Origin: Candidatus Dojkabacteria bacterium
Lineage (GTDB): Bacteria > Patescibacteriota > Dojkabacteria > B142 > OLB20
DNA: 57,986 nt
Direction: 5' to 3'
Assembly: GCA_035444565.1 (NCBI GenBank)
Contig: DAOMOX010000001.1
Span: 1-57,986 of the forward strand
How positions within the stretch are numbered: position 1 is the stretch's first letter; every line of letters begins with the position of its first letter. The notes under the pieces are model-generated. The model was given only the letters and a program-made list of their open reading frames with translations. It did not search any database and was not told the DNA's origin. The position numbers and the translations under genes are program-made. This document shows positions 6,393 to 16,904 of this stretch, piece by piece.

Positions 6393-7336
6393 GCTTTGTG
6401 GTCTGATCCGGGGAAGTCTTTATATTCATATGATGTCGTTGTGATTCCGTCAGAAGTGTATGTATGGTCAATGTGTGATTTGAAAAAATCATTATCCTGA
6501 TATTCCCAGGTGTAGTCGAATTCATTCGTATGCACTCTGTCCATAGAAAGATTATTTAGGTACCTATTGACCTCGATAAATCTTGGAGACCAAGGAGAAA
6601 CATTAAAATCACCCGTTAACAAAGTGTTTTGACTGGTTTCTGTAATCACATCCGTTTTAAGATATTCTAACTGAGCATTTCGGCTGTTGTAATAACTGAC
6701 ATTTACAGGTGCAGTTGTATGTACCATTACTAAATTAAGATTCTTCCCATCAACTTCCACGCTACTCCTTAGAAAAAGTTCATCAAACTTATTTTTCCCC
6801 TCAGAATAATTTGTAAGTGGGTATCTACTAAAAACAACTTTCCCTGTGTAGGGAAAGCTTAAATCATCTATTCTGAGGCTTTGGTATTTGTAATTAATAT
6901 CAAAATAATCTTTAAGTGCAATGTAGTGATCATTTGTAAACTCAGTCAACATTATTATGTCAGCGTTTTCATTCTCGAGGAAATTCCTCATTTCATCAGT
7001 ATTAACGTTCTTGTACCAGATATTAGCACTGATAACTTTTAAAGATTTCGAATTCTCATCAGCGGCACTTACGCCAAGATCAAAATAAAATGAAAAAATT
7101 CCGAGGAATATCATAAACACTAAGAACCAGTTAACCCAATAAGTATTCGCACGTTTAATATCTGCCCCACTTGCAACTAACAAGACTGTAAATGTAATCA
7201 TATACACTAAATATATTCCTACAGCATAAGGTAAAAAGCTCAAAAATAACTCTCCATAGAAAGTATAACTAATTGAAATTAGTCCTATTAACGTAATGAA
7301 TGGAAGTATTAGACCGATTTTTATAATTTTGTTCAT
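6365..7336 (-). CDS. Membrane-anchored endonuclease/exonuclease/phosphatase (EEP) family protein
   Basis: N-terminal TM helices, then EEP motifs (IIMLTEF, VHT, GDFN, GSDH near the C-terminus). Confidence 0.75.
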   Translation of the reverse strand: MNKIIKIGLILPFITLIGLISISYTFYGELFLSFLPYAVGIYLVYMITFTVLLVASGADIKRANTYWVNWFLVFMIFLGIFSFYFDLGVSAADENSKSLKVISANIWYKNVNTDEMRNFLENENADIIMLTEFTNDHYIALKDYFDINYKYQSLRIDDLSFPYTGKVVFSRYPLTNYSEGKNKFDELFLRSSVEVDGKNLNLVMVHTTAPVNVSYYNSRNAQLEYLKTDVITETSQNTLLTGDFNVSPWSPRFIEVNRYLNNLSMDRVHTNEFDYTWEYQDNDFFKSHIDHTYTSDGITTTSYEYKDFPGSDHKAQVFTLAFE

Positions 7337-7415
7337 TTACACTTTAGCAATAAAAAAACCCAATTAACCTGAGCCTAGTCATTTAAACGTAACAAAACTT
7401 GGAAAATCACACTTT

Positions 7416-8129
7416 TTATAGATAATCTAGAAGAAATGACGAGTCGATTTGATAGAATTTTCCCATAAAAAAGCTTAGTTTATCTGTCAATTGCATCAAC
7501 CCTAGTAATACCAACAATATTCCGCCTATTAAATTAATATATTTTAAAATATTTTTTCTATTATAGATTTTATTTAGAATCGTAACTCCGAATAAAGCTG
7601 TCAGAAAGAATGGAAGTCCGAGACCTAATGAAAAGGACAATAATAAAATCGCACCTTGCCATACGGTAGATGATGTTGAAGCGAGTAACAAAATCGAACC
7701 TAGTATAGGGCCTATGCAAGGTGACCAACCTAACCCGATTGAAGAACCTACTAGAAAAGAACTTCTTGGAGTTCCTGGTTTTAATAATTTGGGAAGTTTA
7801 ATCTTAAATGATTTTTTTAAAGAGTTAATTTTGATTACATCCATTAGAAGTAACCCAAAAATTATAATAACTACACCGCCTACCCTGCTTAACATAACCC
7901 TATATTGTCCAAGATGATTACCTATGAGACCTGCAATAATTCCAAAAAACACAAAAACAAGGCTAAAACCCAGTATAAAGAAAAATGCATTTTTTAAAGT
8001 ATTTAGCTTTTCCGCTTTACCGCTGCCGCTCACAAAAGCCAAAAAGCTTGGGACAAGAGGAAATGTGCATGGCATGAAAAAACTAGCCAACCCGGCAATA
8101 AAAGCTGGAATTATCAAACTATAATCCAT
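7416..8129 (-). CDS. ccdA: Cytochrome c biogenesis/thiol-disulfide transporter CcdA (DsbD-family)
   Basis: Six-TM profile with the two conserved Cys motifs FMPCTFPLVP and WSPCIGPILG. Confidence 0.85.
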   Translation of the reverse strand: MDYSLIIPAFIAGLASFFMPCTFPLVPSFLAFVSGSGKAEKLNTLKNAFFFILGFSLVFVFFGIIAGLIGNHLGQYRVMLSRVGGVVIIIFGLLLMDVIKINSLKKSFKIKLPKLLKPGTPRSSFLVGSSIGLGWSPCIGPILGSILLLASTSSTVWQGAILLLSFSLGLGLPFFLTALFGVTILNKIYNRKNILKYINLIGGILLVLLGLMQLTDKLSFFMGKFYQIDSSFLLDYL

Positions 8130-8177
8130 ATAGAATCAACTAAACGATGATAAGTATATCACTAATTTAAAGAAGTT

Positions 8178-8639
8178 TTATGCTTGGTGCTTGTTTCCGA
8201 AGTAGAAATATTTCCTATAAAGAATTATTCCCGTCAACATGAGAAGCGAACCAAAAATCAAGGTATCTACTCTATCATTTACAAGAGCAGTTGATGGTAA
8301 AGGACCTGATGGAACAGGTGTGGCAATAACCCCTCCTCCTCCTCCAACCGGCTTGGTAACACCAGGTGCTGAAGTTACTGGAACGGAAGTAGGTGGTACT
8401 TTGGTGGGTGGTACTTTTGTTGGTGTTACTTTCGTAGGAGGAACCTTAGTAGGTTCTGTCTTCTTATCAATATCTTTGGTAGGTTCTATTACAGTTGGGA
8501 CTGGTGTTCCCACATCCGCAGAGGTATCTTCTGGTGCGAGATCTCTTCGCAACTCCCAACTGACATAAATGGATAATCCTGCTAACAAAGAAGTAATAGC
8601 AAATATTGTACCTATTATTGCTTTTTTATTTTTATCCAT
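8178..8639 (-). CDS. Pro/Thr/Lys/Val-rich repeat surface protein with N- and C-terminal hydrophobic segments
   Basis: N-terminal TM/signal segment, tandem PTKVP-type repeats, a Gly run, and C-terminal LPSTA followed by a hydrophobic helix and RKY. Confidence 0.6.
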   Translation of the reverse strand: MDKNKKAIIGTIFAITSLLAGLSIYVSWELRRDLAPEDTSADVGTPVPTVIEPTKDIDKKTEPTKVPPTKVTPTKVPPTKVPPTSVPVTSAPGVTKPVGGGGGVIATPVPSGPLPSTALVNDRVDTLIFGSLLMLTGIILYRKYFYFGNKHQA

Positions 8640-8748
8640 TTATAAATGTGAAATACTATAAACAATTTATCTAAAACTTTGTAAGAAGTAAACAGTTTTT
8701 TAATTAGTTTGTAGAATAAGTTATAATTGCCTATAAATTTCAAATCCG

Positions 8749-9624
8749 ATGCAACTATTACAAGGAAAACAATTATCAAATAATTTACTCGAAGACCTAA
8801 AAGTGAAATTGTCCGAGATTTCAGAAAAACCACGATTAGCAATAATTCAAATTGGTGACGAGAAACCAAGTAACGTATATGTATCAATAAAAGAAAAAGT
8901 CGGGAAAGAAATTGGGATTGAAATTGATATTTACAAATACCAAATAGGTGATTTTTCATTCGTAAGCTCGAAGATTAAGGAACTAAACGACGATAAAACT
9001 GTTCATGGGATAATTCTGCAACTACCAACACCAGGTAGTGAAGTAAAACCACTTCTTGAGTTAATCGATCCGCAGAAAGATGTTGATGGCTTGACAAGTA
9101 ACAGTCTGGGAAAAATCTGGCACAACGAATCACAAGAATTCCTAGGAGCAACTCCGAAAGCAATTATGTATGCTATCGAGCATATTTCAAAAAATTACGG
9201 TGAATCTCTCTCAGAATTCTTGGCAGGTAAAAACGTGTTAGTTATCAACCACAATATACTTATTGGAAAACCTTTAGCAGGTAGACTGCTCAACCTTGAT
9301 GCAACCGTTACCCTTGCGCACTCAAAAACAAAAGATTTGGAGAACTATTTACAAAATGCCGATATCATTGTCACAGCTACAGGGAATAAAATTATCACTT
9401 ATCAAGATTGTAGGAACCTCAAACAAGATGTCATTATCATTGACTCTGGTTATTCTATTGTTGATGGTGTAGTTACTGGAGATGTGGAGATAGAAGCAGT
9501 CAAAGAAAAAGCTTCATGGCTTACACCAGTACCTGGAGGGATCGGACCTCTGGGTGTGGCAATGTTAATGCAAAACACTTATGATGCATTTCTTAGCTTC
9601 CAAGGTACGAGTCATCAACCCTGA
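8749..9624 (+). CDS. folD: Bifunctional methylenetetrahydrofolate dehydrogenase/cyclohydrolase
   Basis: Full-length FolD pattern: YVSIKEK, HGIILQLP, DVDGL, TPKAIM, VINHNILIGKP, PVPGGIGP. Confidence 0.9.
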   Translation: MQLLQGKQLSNNLLEDLKVKLSEISEKPRLAIIQIGDEKPSNVYVSIKEKVGKEIGIEIDIYKYQIGDFSFVSSKIKELNDDKTVHGIILQLPTPGSEVKPLLELIDPQKDVDGLTSNSLGKIWHNESQEFLGATPKAIMYAIEHISKNYGESLSEFLAGKNVLVINHNILIGKPLAGRLLNLDATVTLAHSKTKDLENYLQNADIIVTATGNKIITYQDCRNLKQDVIIIDSGYSIVDGVVTGDVEIEAVKEKASWLTPVPGGIGPLGVAMLMQNTYDAFLSFQGTSHQP

Positions 9625-11674
9625 CTATGAAAGTGTCTGTTTCATCATAAATTACTTCTCCGTAACTTTTTATTCTTTCTTCATCAATCTGAGAATAGGT
9701 TTCTCTCTCTTTGTTTCCTACGAAAATTAATTCAACTTTATATCTTGAAAGGAATTCTTTGTACGCTTCGTCAGTTACCGTCCCATTATAAAAACTCTCA
9801 ACCTCGGCTTTCCTTTTAAATGCCTCCTCAGAAGTACCTCTCCATTGCCACTCATGTGTAGGCCACCCCATAACCGTTGGCAAACCAGTTGTGGAAGAAA
9901 TTCTTGCCGAATAAGTATAAGCATCACCAACTTCTTCAAGTATCACTGGCTGTCCTTCAATGTTTTGCCTTAACCAAATGATAGCCTTGTAGTCTGAAGG
10001 TTTTTCTTTTTGTATATAGTCAATTCCGTCCATCGTTTGCTGAATGTCTTTGTTATCTGTGGGGTAGAAATCATCAACTGCCACGAAAATATATACAAAA
10101 GTCATTATGAAAATTAGGGAAGATATTGAGAAAACAAAATACTTGTATGGAGTTTGGAATTTCTTAAGTTTGGATTTTGTTTTCACTGCTTCTGCGTTTA
10201 GTATCGCGAAAATGTAACTCACTGCTGCAACGCCGAAAATTACCCATGCATGGTAATAAAATTTGAAAACAGTATTAGTTCTGAAATATGGTTTATTGGA
10301 TGCATCGAAGATGTCTTTTATGTAGAAAAACTCAACACCGATTATTAATGAAATCGCAGTGATTGTTAGTAAAACAGGGAATAATTTCAGTGCACTCTCT
10401 TTGACAATTTTTAGCCACAAGGCAATCATAAACAAGAACGGTGCAATCAAGAACTGGAACCAGAATTGCATCCATGGCAATGGTGCACTTTTCGTTCTAA
10501 ACGGTACTATCCCAACAGGAAAACCACCTTCTGGACCAACAGCAGGACTGTAATTAATTATGTAGGGTAACATAAGTATCAACCCAGGAAAGAGAAGCGT
10601 GGCTTCGGCTATTAAAAAATATTTAATTTTAATTTCTAGTACTTCCTTCAAACCCACTGTCTGATATAAATGTATGAGGGTAAATATAAACAAAGCAGTT
10701 ATCATATCCCAACTATTGATACCATAAAGCCCGATTATCAAGGGTGATATTAGAAGATTGAATTTGATCTTGGACTTCGTACCGATTTTCTTAGTCAAAG
10801 CAACCATTGCAAGTGCAATAACAATAACTAGAAAAGGTAATGCCAAATAATGCCCATGTACATCGCCTAACACGATACTATATGCCGGGTATTCGTTGAT
10901 TGTAAACTCGATGATTCTGGTAGAATCTGGAAAAAAGTAAGTGAATTCCTCACCTTTGAAATAAGCAGCAAACCAGTTGTAAGCCATATGAAGATTACCA
11001 GCGTATGAAATCCAAGTAGCACCTAGTAATGCAAAAGTTATTTTAACCCACTCTTTCCCTTTTTTGAATAATTCTATAAAGACTGCAAAAAGACCAGTAA
11101 AAGTCTGTGCAATTATTGTGACCAATGCGTAATTGTAAACATAACTCATTGATATATTCCCGAGTTTGCCAATAATTGCAAATAGATAGTGACCGATATA
11201 GTAATAATTAATATTTCCACCTTGTGCTAGCCAAGGGTCTAATGGAGGAAAATTCTCCGTACGATTGATAGAGTTCATAAAAGCGAGATTCATCATCTTT
11301 TCTGTACCTTCTGCTCGTGGATTGAATGATCTGATATATGTCCAAATTAGAATAGTTCCAAGGAAGAGTATCTCTTCCATAATCATGTATTTCGTAATTT
11401 TGAATTTGGTCTTATAAATCCAATAAAGTGAACCTGCAATTGCCAAAACAAAAAGTGCCCAGCCTACATATTGTGTATATGGCAGGATTTTGATTGCAGA
11501 AAGAAACCACCAAACAATACCAAAAGAGAACAATCCGATGAATTTACTAAAAGCATAACCTTTGTCTTTCCAGTTTTTAAATATGTAGGAAGTGATAGGT
11601 AGTCCGATGATTCCAAATGCGAACATCAATAAATACCAAATGAGAAAAATTTTAATCTCCATGTTTTGAATCAA
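9593..11674 (-). CDS. Large polytopic membrane protein, DUF2298 / chlor_Arch_YYY family
   Basis: 693 aa with many TM helices. Signature GGNINYYYIGHY. Soluble C-terminal domain. Confidence 0.75.
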   Translation of the reverse strand: MIQNMEIKIFLIWYLLMFAFGIIGLPITSYIFKNWKDKGYAFSKFIGLFSFGIVWWFLSAIKILPYTQYVGWALFVLAIAGSLYWIYKTKFKITKYMIMEEILFLGTILIWTYIRSFNPRAEGTEKMMNLAFMNSINRTENFPPLDPWLAQGGNINYYYIGHYLFAIIGKLGNISMSYVYNYALVTIIAQTFTGLFAVFIELFKKGKEWVKITFALLGATWISYAGNLHMAYNWFAAYFKGEEFTYFFPDSTRIIEFTINEYPAYSIVLGDVHGHYLALPFLVIVIALAMVALTKKIGTKSKIKFNLLISPLIIGLYGINSWDMITALFIFTLIHLYQTVGLKEVLEIKIKYFLIAEATLLFPGLILMLPYIINYSPAVGPEGGFPVGIVPFRTKSAPLPWMQFWFQFLIAPFLFMIALWLKIVKESALKLFPVLLTITAISLIIGVEFFYIKDIFDASNKPYFRTNTVFKFYYHAWVIFGVAAVSYIFAILNAEAVKTKSKLKKFQTPYKYFVFSISSLIFIMTFVYIFVAVDDFYPTDNKDIQQTMDGIDYIQKEKPSDYKAIIWLRQNIEGQPVILEEVGDAYTYSARISSTTGLPTVMGWPTHEWQWRGTSEEAFKRKAEVESFYNGTVTDEAYKEFLSRYKVELIFVGNKERETYSQIDEERIKSYGEVIYDETDTFIVRVDDSYLGS

Positions 11675-12950
11675 TTAACTTAGATAATAATTTGGCTTGT
11701 TCAACCGCATAGTTCGTACCACGATCATGCGGAAAAATTTGTGTAAAGTTCGCATAATACAAACCTTCAATATTTGTATCGTATTCTGGCATTTTGTAAT
11801 CTGTCGTTACAACATGTTGTGCGTAAGGCGACTTGAAGAAATGCCTATCAGTCACCCAACTCTTATCAAATTTATCGTTTATCTTGGGCAAATATTCACA
11901 ATATAAATCAAATAACTCTTCTTCGGATTTCTTGAACAACGCATCCTCTGGGTCAACATACTTTGCAATGTACACTATGATTTTATCATCGTATTTCTGT
12001 TTTTCAACAAAATTTGTATGTTCTACTAATGCCAAGAATGGAGCCTTTTTGTCGTTAATATTTAGCCAGTAATATGGTGTAATGCTCTCGGATAATTCTA
12101 ATATCATACAGGTAGCTCCGATATACTTAATATTATCAACACTTTCTTTGAATTTAGCATTCACAGGAAATATTTTATTGAATATTGGTCCGGGGATTGT
12201 ACTTACAACAATATCAAATTTCTCAGTTTTTCCATCAAAATTTATCTCGTGTTTATTCTCAACCTTTCTATATGACTCAATCGTGGCATTATTTACTAAC
12301 TTTACATCGAACTCTTGAAGTTTCTGTACAAGAGTATCAATTAGAAGTTGAAAACCTCCATCCATGTAGCCAAGATACTCTTTACCAATTGGATTCGGCC
12401 TTGAACTCGCTCTATCATGAATTCTAGCCCAAAGCCAACTCATAGAGATATCTTTATACTTTTTGCCGAACTTCCCAACAAGAAGTGGTTCCCAGATAAT
12501 CTCGGTAGCTTGTTTACCGAAATATTTTTTTGCCCAATCAATGGCTTTCATTTTCTCGTAATTTTTATTGTATTTTGATTTTGAAAGATAGAGTGATACA
12601 ACACCAGCTCGGAGTCTGTTGAAAATGTTTAGTGGTTTGAATTTGAGCAAATCAATACTTCCAGAAAAGCTATGTAATTCTCCATCGATATATATACCCA
12701 TAGAGCTAGCAGGGAAATACATTTTGTGCTTAAGTCCAAGTTCTTTGATTAATTCCTGGATATCGTCATCACTTCGGAACCAGTGGTGATAATATTTTTC
12801 GAGATACGTGTCGCCAATTTTCAATCCAGAAGCCAGTCCACCCCAGTCAGAATTTTTCTCAATTATGGTAACCTTATAACCTTTGTGTGAGAGTTCATAG
12901 GCTAGAGTCATACCAAGAATTCCTCCACCTATGACTGCGACTTTTTTCAA
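11652..12950 (-). CDS. NAD(P)/FAD-dependent oxidoreductase (amine oxidase/phytoene desaturase-like)
   Basis: N-terminal dinucleotide fold KVAVIGGGILGMTLAYEL..IIEKNSDWGGLA. Its 3' end overlaps the DUF2298 gene start by 23 nt. Confidence 0.8.
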   Translation of the reverse strand: MKKVAVIGGGILGMTLAYELSHKGYKVTIIEKNSDWGGLASGLKIGDTYLEKYYHHWFRSDDDIQELIKELGLKHKMYFPASSMGIYIDGELHSFSGSIDLLKFKPLNIFNRLRAGVVSLYLSKSKYNKNYEKMKAIDWAKKYFGKQATEIIWEPLLVGKFGKKYKDISMSWLWARIHDRASSRPNPIGKEYLGYMDGGFQLLIDTLVQKLQEFDVKLVNNATIESYRKVENKHEINFDGKTEKFDIVVSTIPGPIFNKIFPVNAKFKESVDNIKYIGATCMILELSESITPYYWLNINDKKAPFLALVEHTNFVEKQKYDDKIIVYIAKYVDPEDALFKKSEEELFDLYCEYLPKINDKFDKSWVTDRHFFKSPYAQHVVTTDYKMPEYDTNIEGLYYANFTQIFPHDRGTNYAVEQAKLLSKLIDSKHGD

Positions 12951-13042
12951 AAGAATTAAAACCTAATATCTATGGATTCTAGCAGAATTATTGGAGGTTG
13001 GGTAGTAGTGGAAGAATGTCACAATGCGGATTATTGAATTAA

Positions 13043-13285
13043 TTATATACCAGGAGATACGTCTTGATCAGAATCTAAATGACCTAATGTATAACCTACA
13101 AAACCCGGTGACGATAGAGCCTCCTTAGGGTCAAAGTTAGGTGGATAACCTTCTAAAGCATGTCTTGTTGCAAGATAAGCTCCATCTAGAAAAGCTTGCC
13201 AAGCATCCGGTGAAAGATTTTGTCTTAACTCAACCGCATCAATTTGTTGATTCAAATATAGCCTTAGGGCCTCATTATTGTCCAT
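13043..13285 (-). CDS. Hypothetical small protein (80 aa)
   Basis: ORF with ATG at 13285 (the tracked start at 13297 is GTG). No family recognised. Looks more G+C-rich than its surroundings. Confidence 0.4.
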   Translation of the reverse strand: MDNNEALRLYLNQQIDAVELRQNLSPDAWQAFLDGAYLATRHALEGYPPNFDPKEALSSPGFVGYTLGHLDSDQDVSPGI

Positions 13286-13335
13286 AAAAAAATACACTAA
13301 TTATACATAACAATTATATCGCATAAATCACCAGA

Positions 13336-13364
13336 TTGACAGTATCGGAAAAGCACTCTAATAT
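13336..13364 (+). promoter_or_regulatory. Candidate sigma70-type promoter upstream of glyA
   Basis: TTGACA (13336-13341), a 17-nt spacer, then TAATAT (13359-13364), about 120 nt upstream of the glyA ATG. Confidence 0.4.
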
Positions 13365-13482
13365 AAAATGAATTAACAAAATCCGATGTTAAAACTCTCA
13401 ACACAAAATATCTTGTTGTATAGTATTTGATACTAGCTATATTGCCCCACAGATTTTTAAATAATTTTTTATTAGTCTCATC

Positions 13483-14847
13483 ATGTCACAGAAAAATCTC
13501 AAATCCGCAGATACAGATGTATATGAAATATTAAAAGCAGAAGAAAAGAAGCAACAAGAAAAATTATCAATGATTCCATCTGAAAATTTCACTTCAAAAG
13601 CTGTTCGTGAAGCAGTTGGATCAGTGTTTATGAATAAATATTCGGAGGGTTATCCAAATGCAAGATACTACGAAGGTAACTATCACATTGATAAATTAGA
13701 GCTGTTAGCAATTGAACGAGCAAAGAAGTTCTTCAAATTACCCAAAGACTGGGAAGTTAATGTACAAGCATTATCTGGAAGTCCTGCAAATCTATCAGTA
13801 TATATCGGACTTTTAAAGCCTGGTGACAAAATCATGGGCATGTATCTCCCCGATGGAGGTCATTTATCGCATGGATGGTCCTATAATCCAAAGAGCGACT
13901 CAGCAGAATTTGTCCCAAATGTTATGTTTTATGCAGGTGGGAAACGAAAAGTAAACGTAACGTCAAAATTTTATGAAGCAGTACAGTACAAAACCGACCC
14001 AAAGACAAAACTCTTAGATTACAAAGAAATTGAGAAAATTGCTAAAAAAGAAAAACCAAAAATGATCATCACAGGTGGAACTGCGTACCCTAGAGATATT
14101 GACTATAAAAGAATGTCGGAAATTGCCCACTCAGTTGGAGCTTATTATCTTGCTGATATTGCTCACGAAGCTGGTTTGATTGGAGCAGGAGTTATGAACA
14201 CACCAGTAGGATACGCTGACGTAGTTACCATGACTACTCACAAGACTCTTCGATGCAACAGAGGAGCAATAATTTTAGGTAAAGCCGATTTGATGAAGAA
14301 AATCAACAGAGCAATTTTCCCAGGATTACAAGGTGGCCCACACAATCATAGCATCGCGGGCATTGCAGTCGGACTTAAAGAAGCATTAACTCCTGAATTC
14401 AAGTCATATGCAAAACAAGTTGTGAAAAATGCTCAAGTATTAGCCAAAGAACTTGAAAAGTATGGTTTTGAAATAATTACAGGGGGAACTGACAAACATC
14501 TAGTGCTTATCGACCTAAGCAACAAAGGACTTTTTGGTAAGAAGTATGCGAGAGCATTAGATTATGCTGGAATAATTGCCAATATGAACACCATGCCACA
14601 AGAGAAACGTCCACCTGCAGATCCATCTGCATTGAGAGTTGGAACACCTTGGATTACCACTCGTGGTATGAAAGAACCAGAAATGAAACAAATCGCAAAA
14701 TGGATGAATGAAGTTATGGAAGTAGTAAAAGATTGGCAGGATATGGATTTTACGGAATTTAATACTAAAGTGGCAAATCACAAGGATGTAAAGAGAGTTG
14801 CAAAGGAAGTGAGCATTTTATGTAAAAGATACCCTTTGGGAATTTGA
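13483..14847 (+). CDS. glyA: Serine hydroxymethyltransferase
   Basis: Full-length SHMT: IPSENFTS, YSEGYP, VNVQALSGSPAN, TTHKTLR (PLP lysine), VGTPWITTRGM. Confidence 0.93.
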   Translation: MSQKNLKSADTDVYEILKAEEKKQQEKLSMIPSENFTSKAVREAVGSVFMNKYSEGYPNARYYEGNYHIDKLELLAIERAKKFFKLPKDWEVNVQALSGSPANLSVYIGLLKPGDKIMGMYLPDGGHLSHGWSYNPKSDSAEFVPNVMFYAGGKRKVNVTSKFYEAVQYKTDPKTKLLDYKEIEKIAKKEKPKMIITGGTAYPRDIDYKRMSEIAHSVGAYYLADIAHEAGLIGAGVMNTPVGYADVVTMTTHKTLRCNRGAIILGKADLMKKINRAIFPGLQGGPHNHSIAGIAVGLKEALTPEFKSYAKQVVKNAQVLAKELEKYGFEIITGGTDKHLVLIDLSNKGLFGKKYARALDYAGIIANMNTMPQEKRPPADPSALRVGTPWITTRGMKEPEMKQIAKWMNEVMEVVKDWQDMDFTEFNTKVANHKDVKRVAKEVSILCKRYPLGI

Positions 14848-14874
14848 ATCTCGATAGTTCAGAGTTAAATAACT

Positions 14875-15495
14875 TTAATCAGCAATTTTAACTTTCATCT
14901 TCATCAACCTGACAGTTGTTTGGAGGGCATCTTCGGCTAGTTTAGCCTGGATGTAGTGAACATTTTGGTCAATTTCTGGGAGAATTACATACTCGAGGGC
15001 ATTTACACGTCGTCTGGTTTTTTCTATTTCAGTTGCCAATCTTCTCACCTTGAATTCTAGTTCTACAAGTTTTACCAAATCTGGCAATAACTCTCTTAAA
15101 TTTTTGAGCGAAACATCAAGATGATGATTTGTTTGAGCTAGAGAGTAATTGAGGAAGTTACCAGAAACTTTCACATCCATTTCTGGAATTTTTACTCCTA
15201 GAACGTTTTTTGTTTCACTGAAAATGCGGATTTTTGTGTCGGGATTTTTTGCAAGTAACTCGAGATATTCTTCATCAATATTCAACATTGCGAAATTATA
15301 TCTTTTCATAATTTCTCCATACTTTTCTTCCAATTCGTCACGCATCTTTAGTGCAATTCTGTAATTGGACATGAATATTTGTACGAGATTATCACGCTTA
15401 TCCTTCAAAAGCTTATGGCCACGCTTGACACTCTTGCGCTTATTTTTCAAGCGCATTAACTCCTGTCTTGTTGGAATAACGTTCTCTTTTGCCAT
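14875..15495 (-). CDS. atpD: A/V-type ATPase subunit D
   Basis: PTRQELMRLKNKRKSVKRGHKLLKDKRD N-terminus typical of subunit D. Last gene of the operon. Confidence 0.88.
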   Translation of the reverse strand: MAKENVIPTRQELMRLKNKRKSVKRGHKLLKDKRDNLVQIFMSNYRIALKMRDELEEKYGEIMKRYNFAMLNIDEEYLELLAKNPDTKIRIFSETKNVLGVKIPEMDVKVSGNFLNYSLAQTNHHLDVSLKNLRELLPDLVKLVELEFKVRRLATEIEKTRRRVNALEYVILPEIDQNVHYIQAKLAEDALQTTVRLMKMKVKIAD

Positions 15496-16874
15496 TATTT
15501 ATTCATATATTTTTCGATGTGTTCTTTCTTCACTCTTTTGAGTTCTTTTTCGGGCAACATTGCAAGCAATTTCCATCCTAAATTCAAACTTTCTTCAATC
15601 GATCTATCATTTTCATAACCTTGGTTTACGAATTCTTTCTCAAAAGCATCTACAAATTGAACAAATTTTCTATCGTCTTCACTAAGAGATGATTCTCCTA
15701 GGATTTGTGCTAGTTCTCTGAGTTCTCGTCCTTTTGCATATCCAGCAAACAATTGATTTGCGACTCCTGAGTGATCTTCTCGAGTTTTACCTTCTCCAAT
15801 ACCCTTATTCATCAATCTAGAGAGTGATGCCAATACTGCAACTGGAGGATTGATTCCCTTTTTCTCCAACTCTGGAGCAAGAACGATTTGTCCTTCTGTA
15901 ATATAACCAGTCAAATCAGGAATTGGGTGTGTTTTATCTCCCTCAGGCATTGTTAAAATTGGTAACTGTGTAATTGAACCTGTAGATCCATCAACTTTAC
16001 CTGCTCTTTCATATAATGAAGCTAGGTCGGTATACATGTATCCCGGATAACTTCTTCTACCAGGAACTTCTTTTCTGGCTGCCGAAACTTCTCTTAGTGA
16101 ATTACAGTAGTTCGTAATATCAGTCAAAACGACTAGCACATTCATATTTTTCTCATAAGCAAGGTATTCTGCAGTTGTTAAAGCCAACCTTGGCAAGGTT
16201 ATTCTTTCAATAACAGGATCGTTAGCGAGGTTAATAAACATTACAGTTTTGAACAATGCACCAGTTTTCTTGAATTCATTGATGAAGAATTGTGATTCTT
16301 CGAAAGTGATACCAATCGCACCAAAAACAATGGCAAAGTTGGAATCGACTTTACCTTCTTTGATTACTTTTGATTGACGAACAATCTGAGCAGCTAATTT
16401 TGAGTGTGGCAATCCAGCAACAGAGAAAATCGGAAGTTTTTGCCCTTGTACCAATGTGTTCATAACGTCGATTGTCGATACTCCAGTTTGGATGAAATCC
16501 TCAGGGAATTCCCTCATAAAAGGATTCAATGGAAACCCGTTGATATCGAGCTCTTTGTCAGGAATGATTTCTTCTCCACCGTCCATAACATCACCAAAAC
16601 CATTAAAAACCCTCCCCAACATCAGTTCACTAACCCCAAGCTTCAAAGTTTTCCCTAGAAATGAAGCTTTTGAGTTTTTAATATCAATTCCAGATGTTGT
16701 ATCAAACATCTGCACAACAGCCCGATCATCTCTCGCCTCAAGAACACGACCTTTTCTTATCTCACCATCTTGAGTCTCAACTTCGACAAGATCTTCAAAC
16801 TTAGCATTTTCGACACCTTCTACAATCAACAAAGGACCGTAGAGCTCTTTTATTGTTTTATACCACTTTTTCAT
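15495..16874 (-). CDS. atpB: A/V-type ATPase subunit B
   Basis: 459 aa with a non-catalytic B-subunit pattern ([33 protein letters not shown]). Confidence 0.93.
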   Translation of the reverse strand: MKKWYKTIKELYGPLLIVEGVENAKFEDLVEVETQDGEIRKGRVLEARDDRAVVQMFDTTSGIDIKNSKASFLGKTLKLGVSELMLGRVFNGFGDVMDGGEEIIPDKELDINGFPLNPFMREFPEDFIQTGVSTIDVMNTLVQGQKLPIFSVAGLPHSKLAAQIVRQSKVIKEGKVDSNFAIVFGAIGITFEESQFFINEFKKTGALFKTVMFINLANDPVIERITLPRLALTTAEYLAYEKNMNVLVVLTDITNYCNSLREVSAARKEVPGRRSYPGYMYTDLASLYERAGKVDGSTGSITQLPILTMPEGDKTHPIPDLTGYITEGQIVLAPELEKKGINPPVAVLASLSRLMNKGIGEGKTREDHSGVANQLFAGYAKGRELRELAQILGESSLSEDDRKFVQFVDAFEKEFVNQGYENDRSIEESLNLGWKLLAMLPEKELKRVKKEHIEKYMNK

Positions 16875-16904
16875 TTTTCAAAATATTAATTTAATATAAT
16901 CAGT

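Noticed and set aside
8178-8300. Sortase sorting signal at the C-terminus of the PT-rich protein (LPSTA + hydrophobic helix + RKY)
   Set aside because: The motif is LPSTA rather than canonical LPxTG. The spacer to the helix is long, and no sortase gene is present in the window. It is kept only as a remark in the feature evidence.
8239-8959. ORFs 8239..8568 (+) and 8615..8959 (-)
   Set aside because: The first is the antisense reading of the low-complexity PTKVP repeat gene, a mirror low-complexity artefact. The second overlaps the folD start and its promoter region and has a non-protein-like composition.
13298-13482. Riboswitch (ZTP/pfl or THF type) upstream of glyA, and similarly upstream of folD (8640-8748)
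   Set aside because: Both leaders are AT-rich, with no GC-rich conserved cores or convincing pseudoknot-forming helices. Only a promoter-like TTGACA/TAATAT pair was seen.
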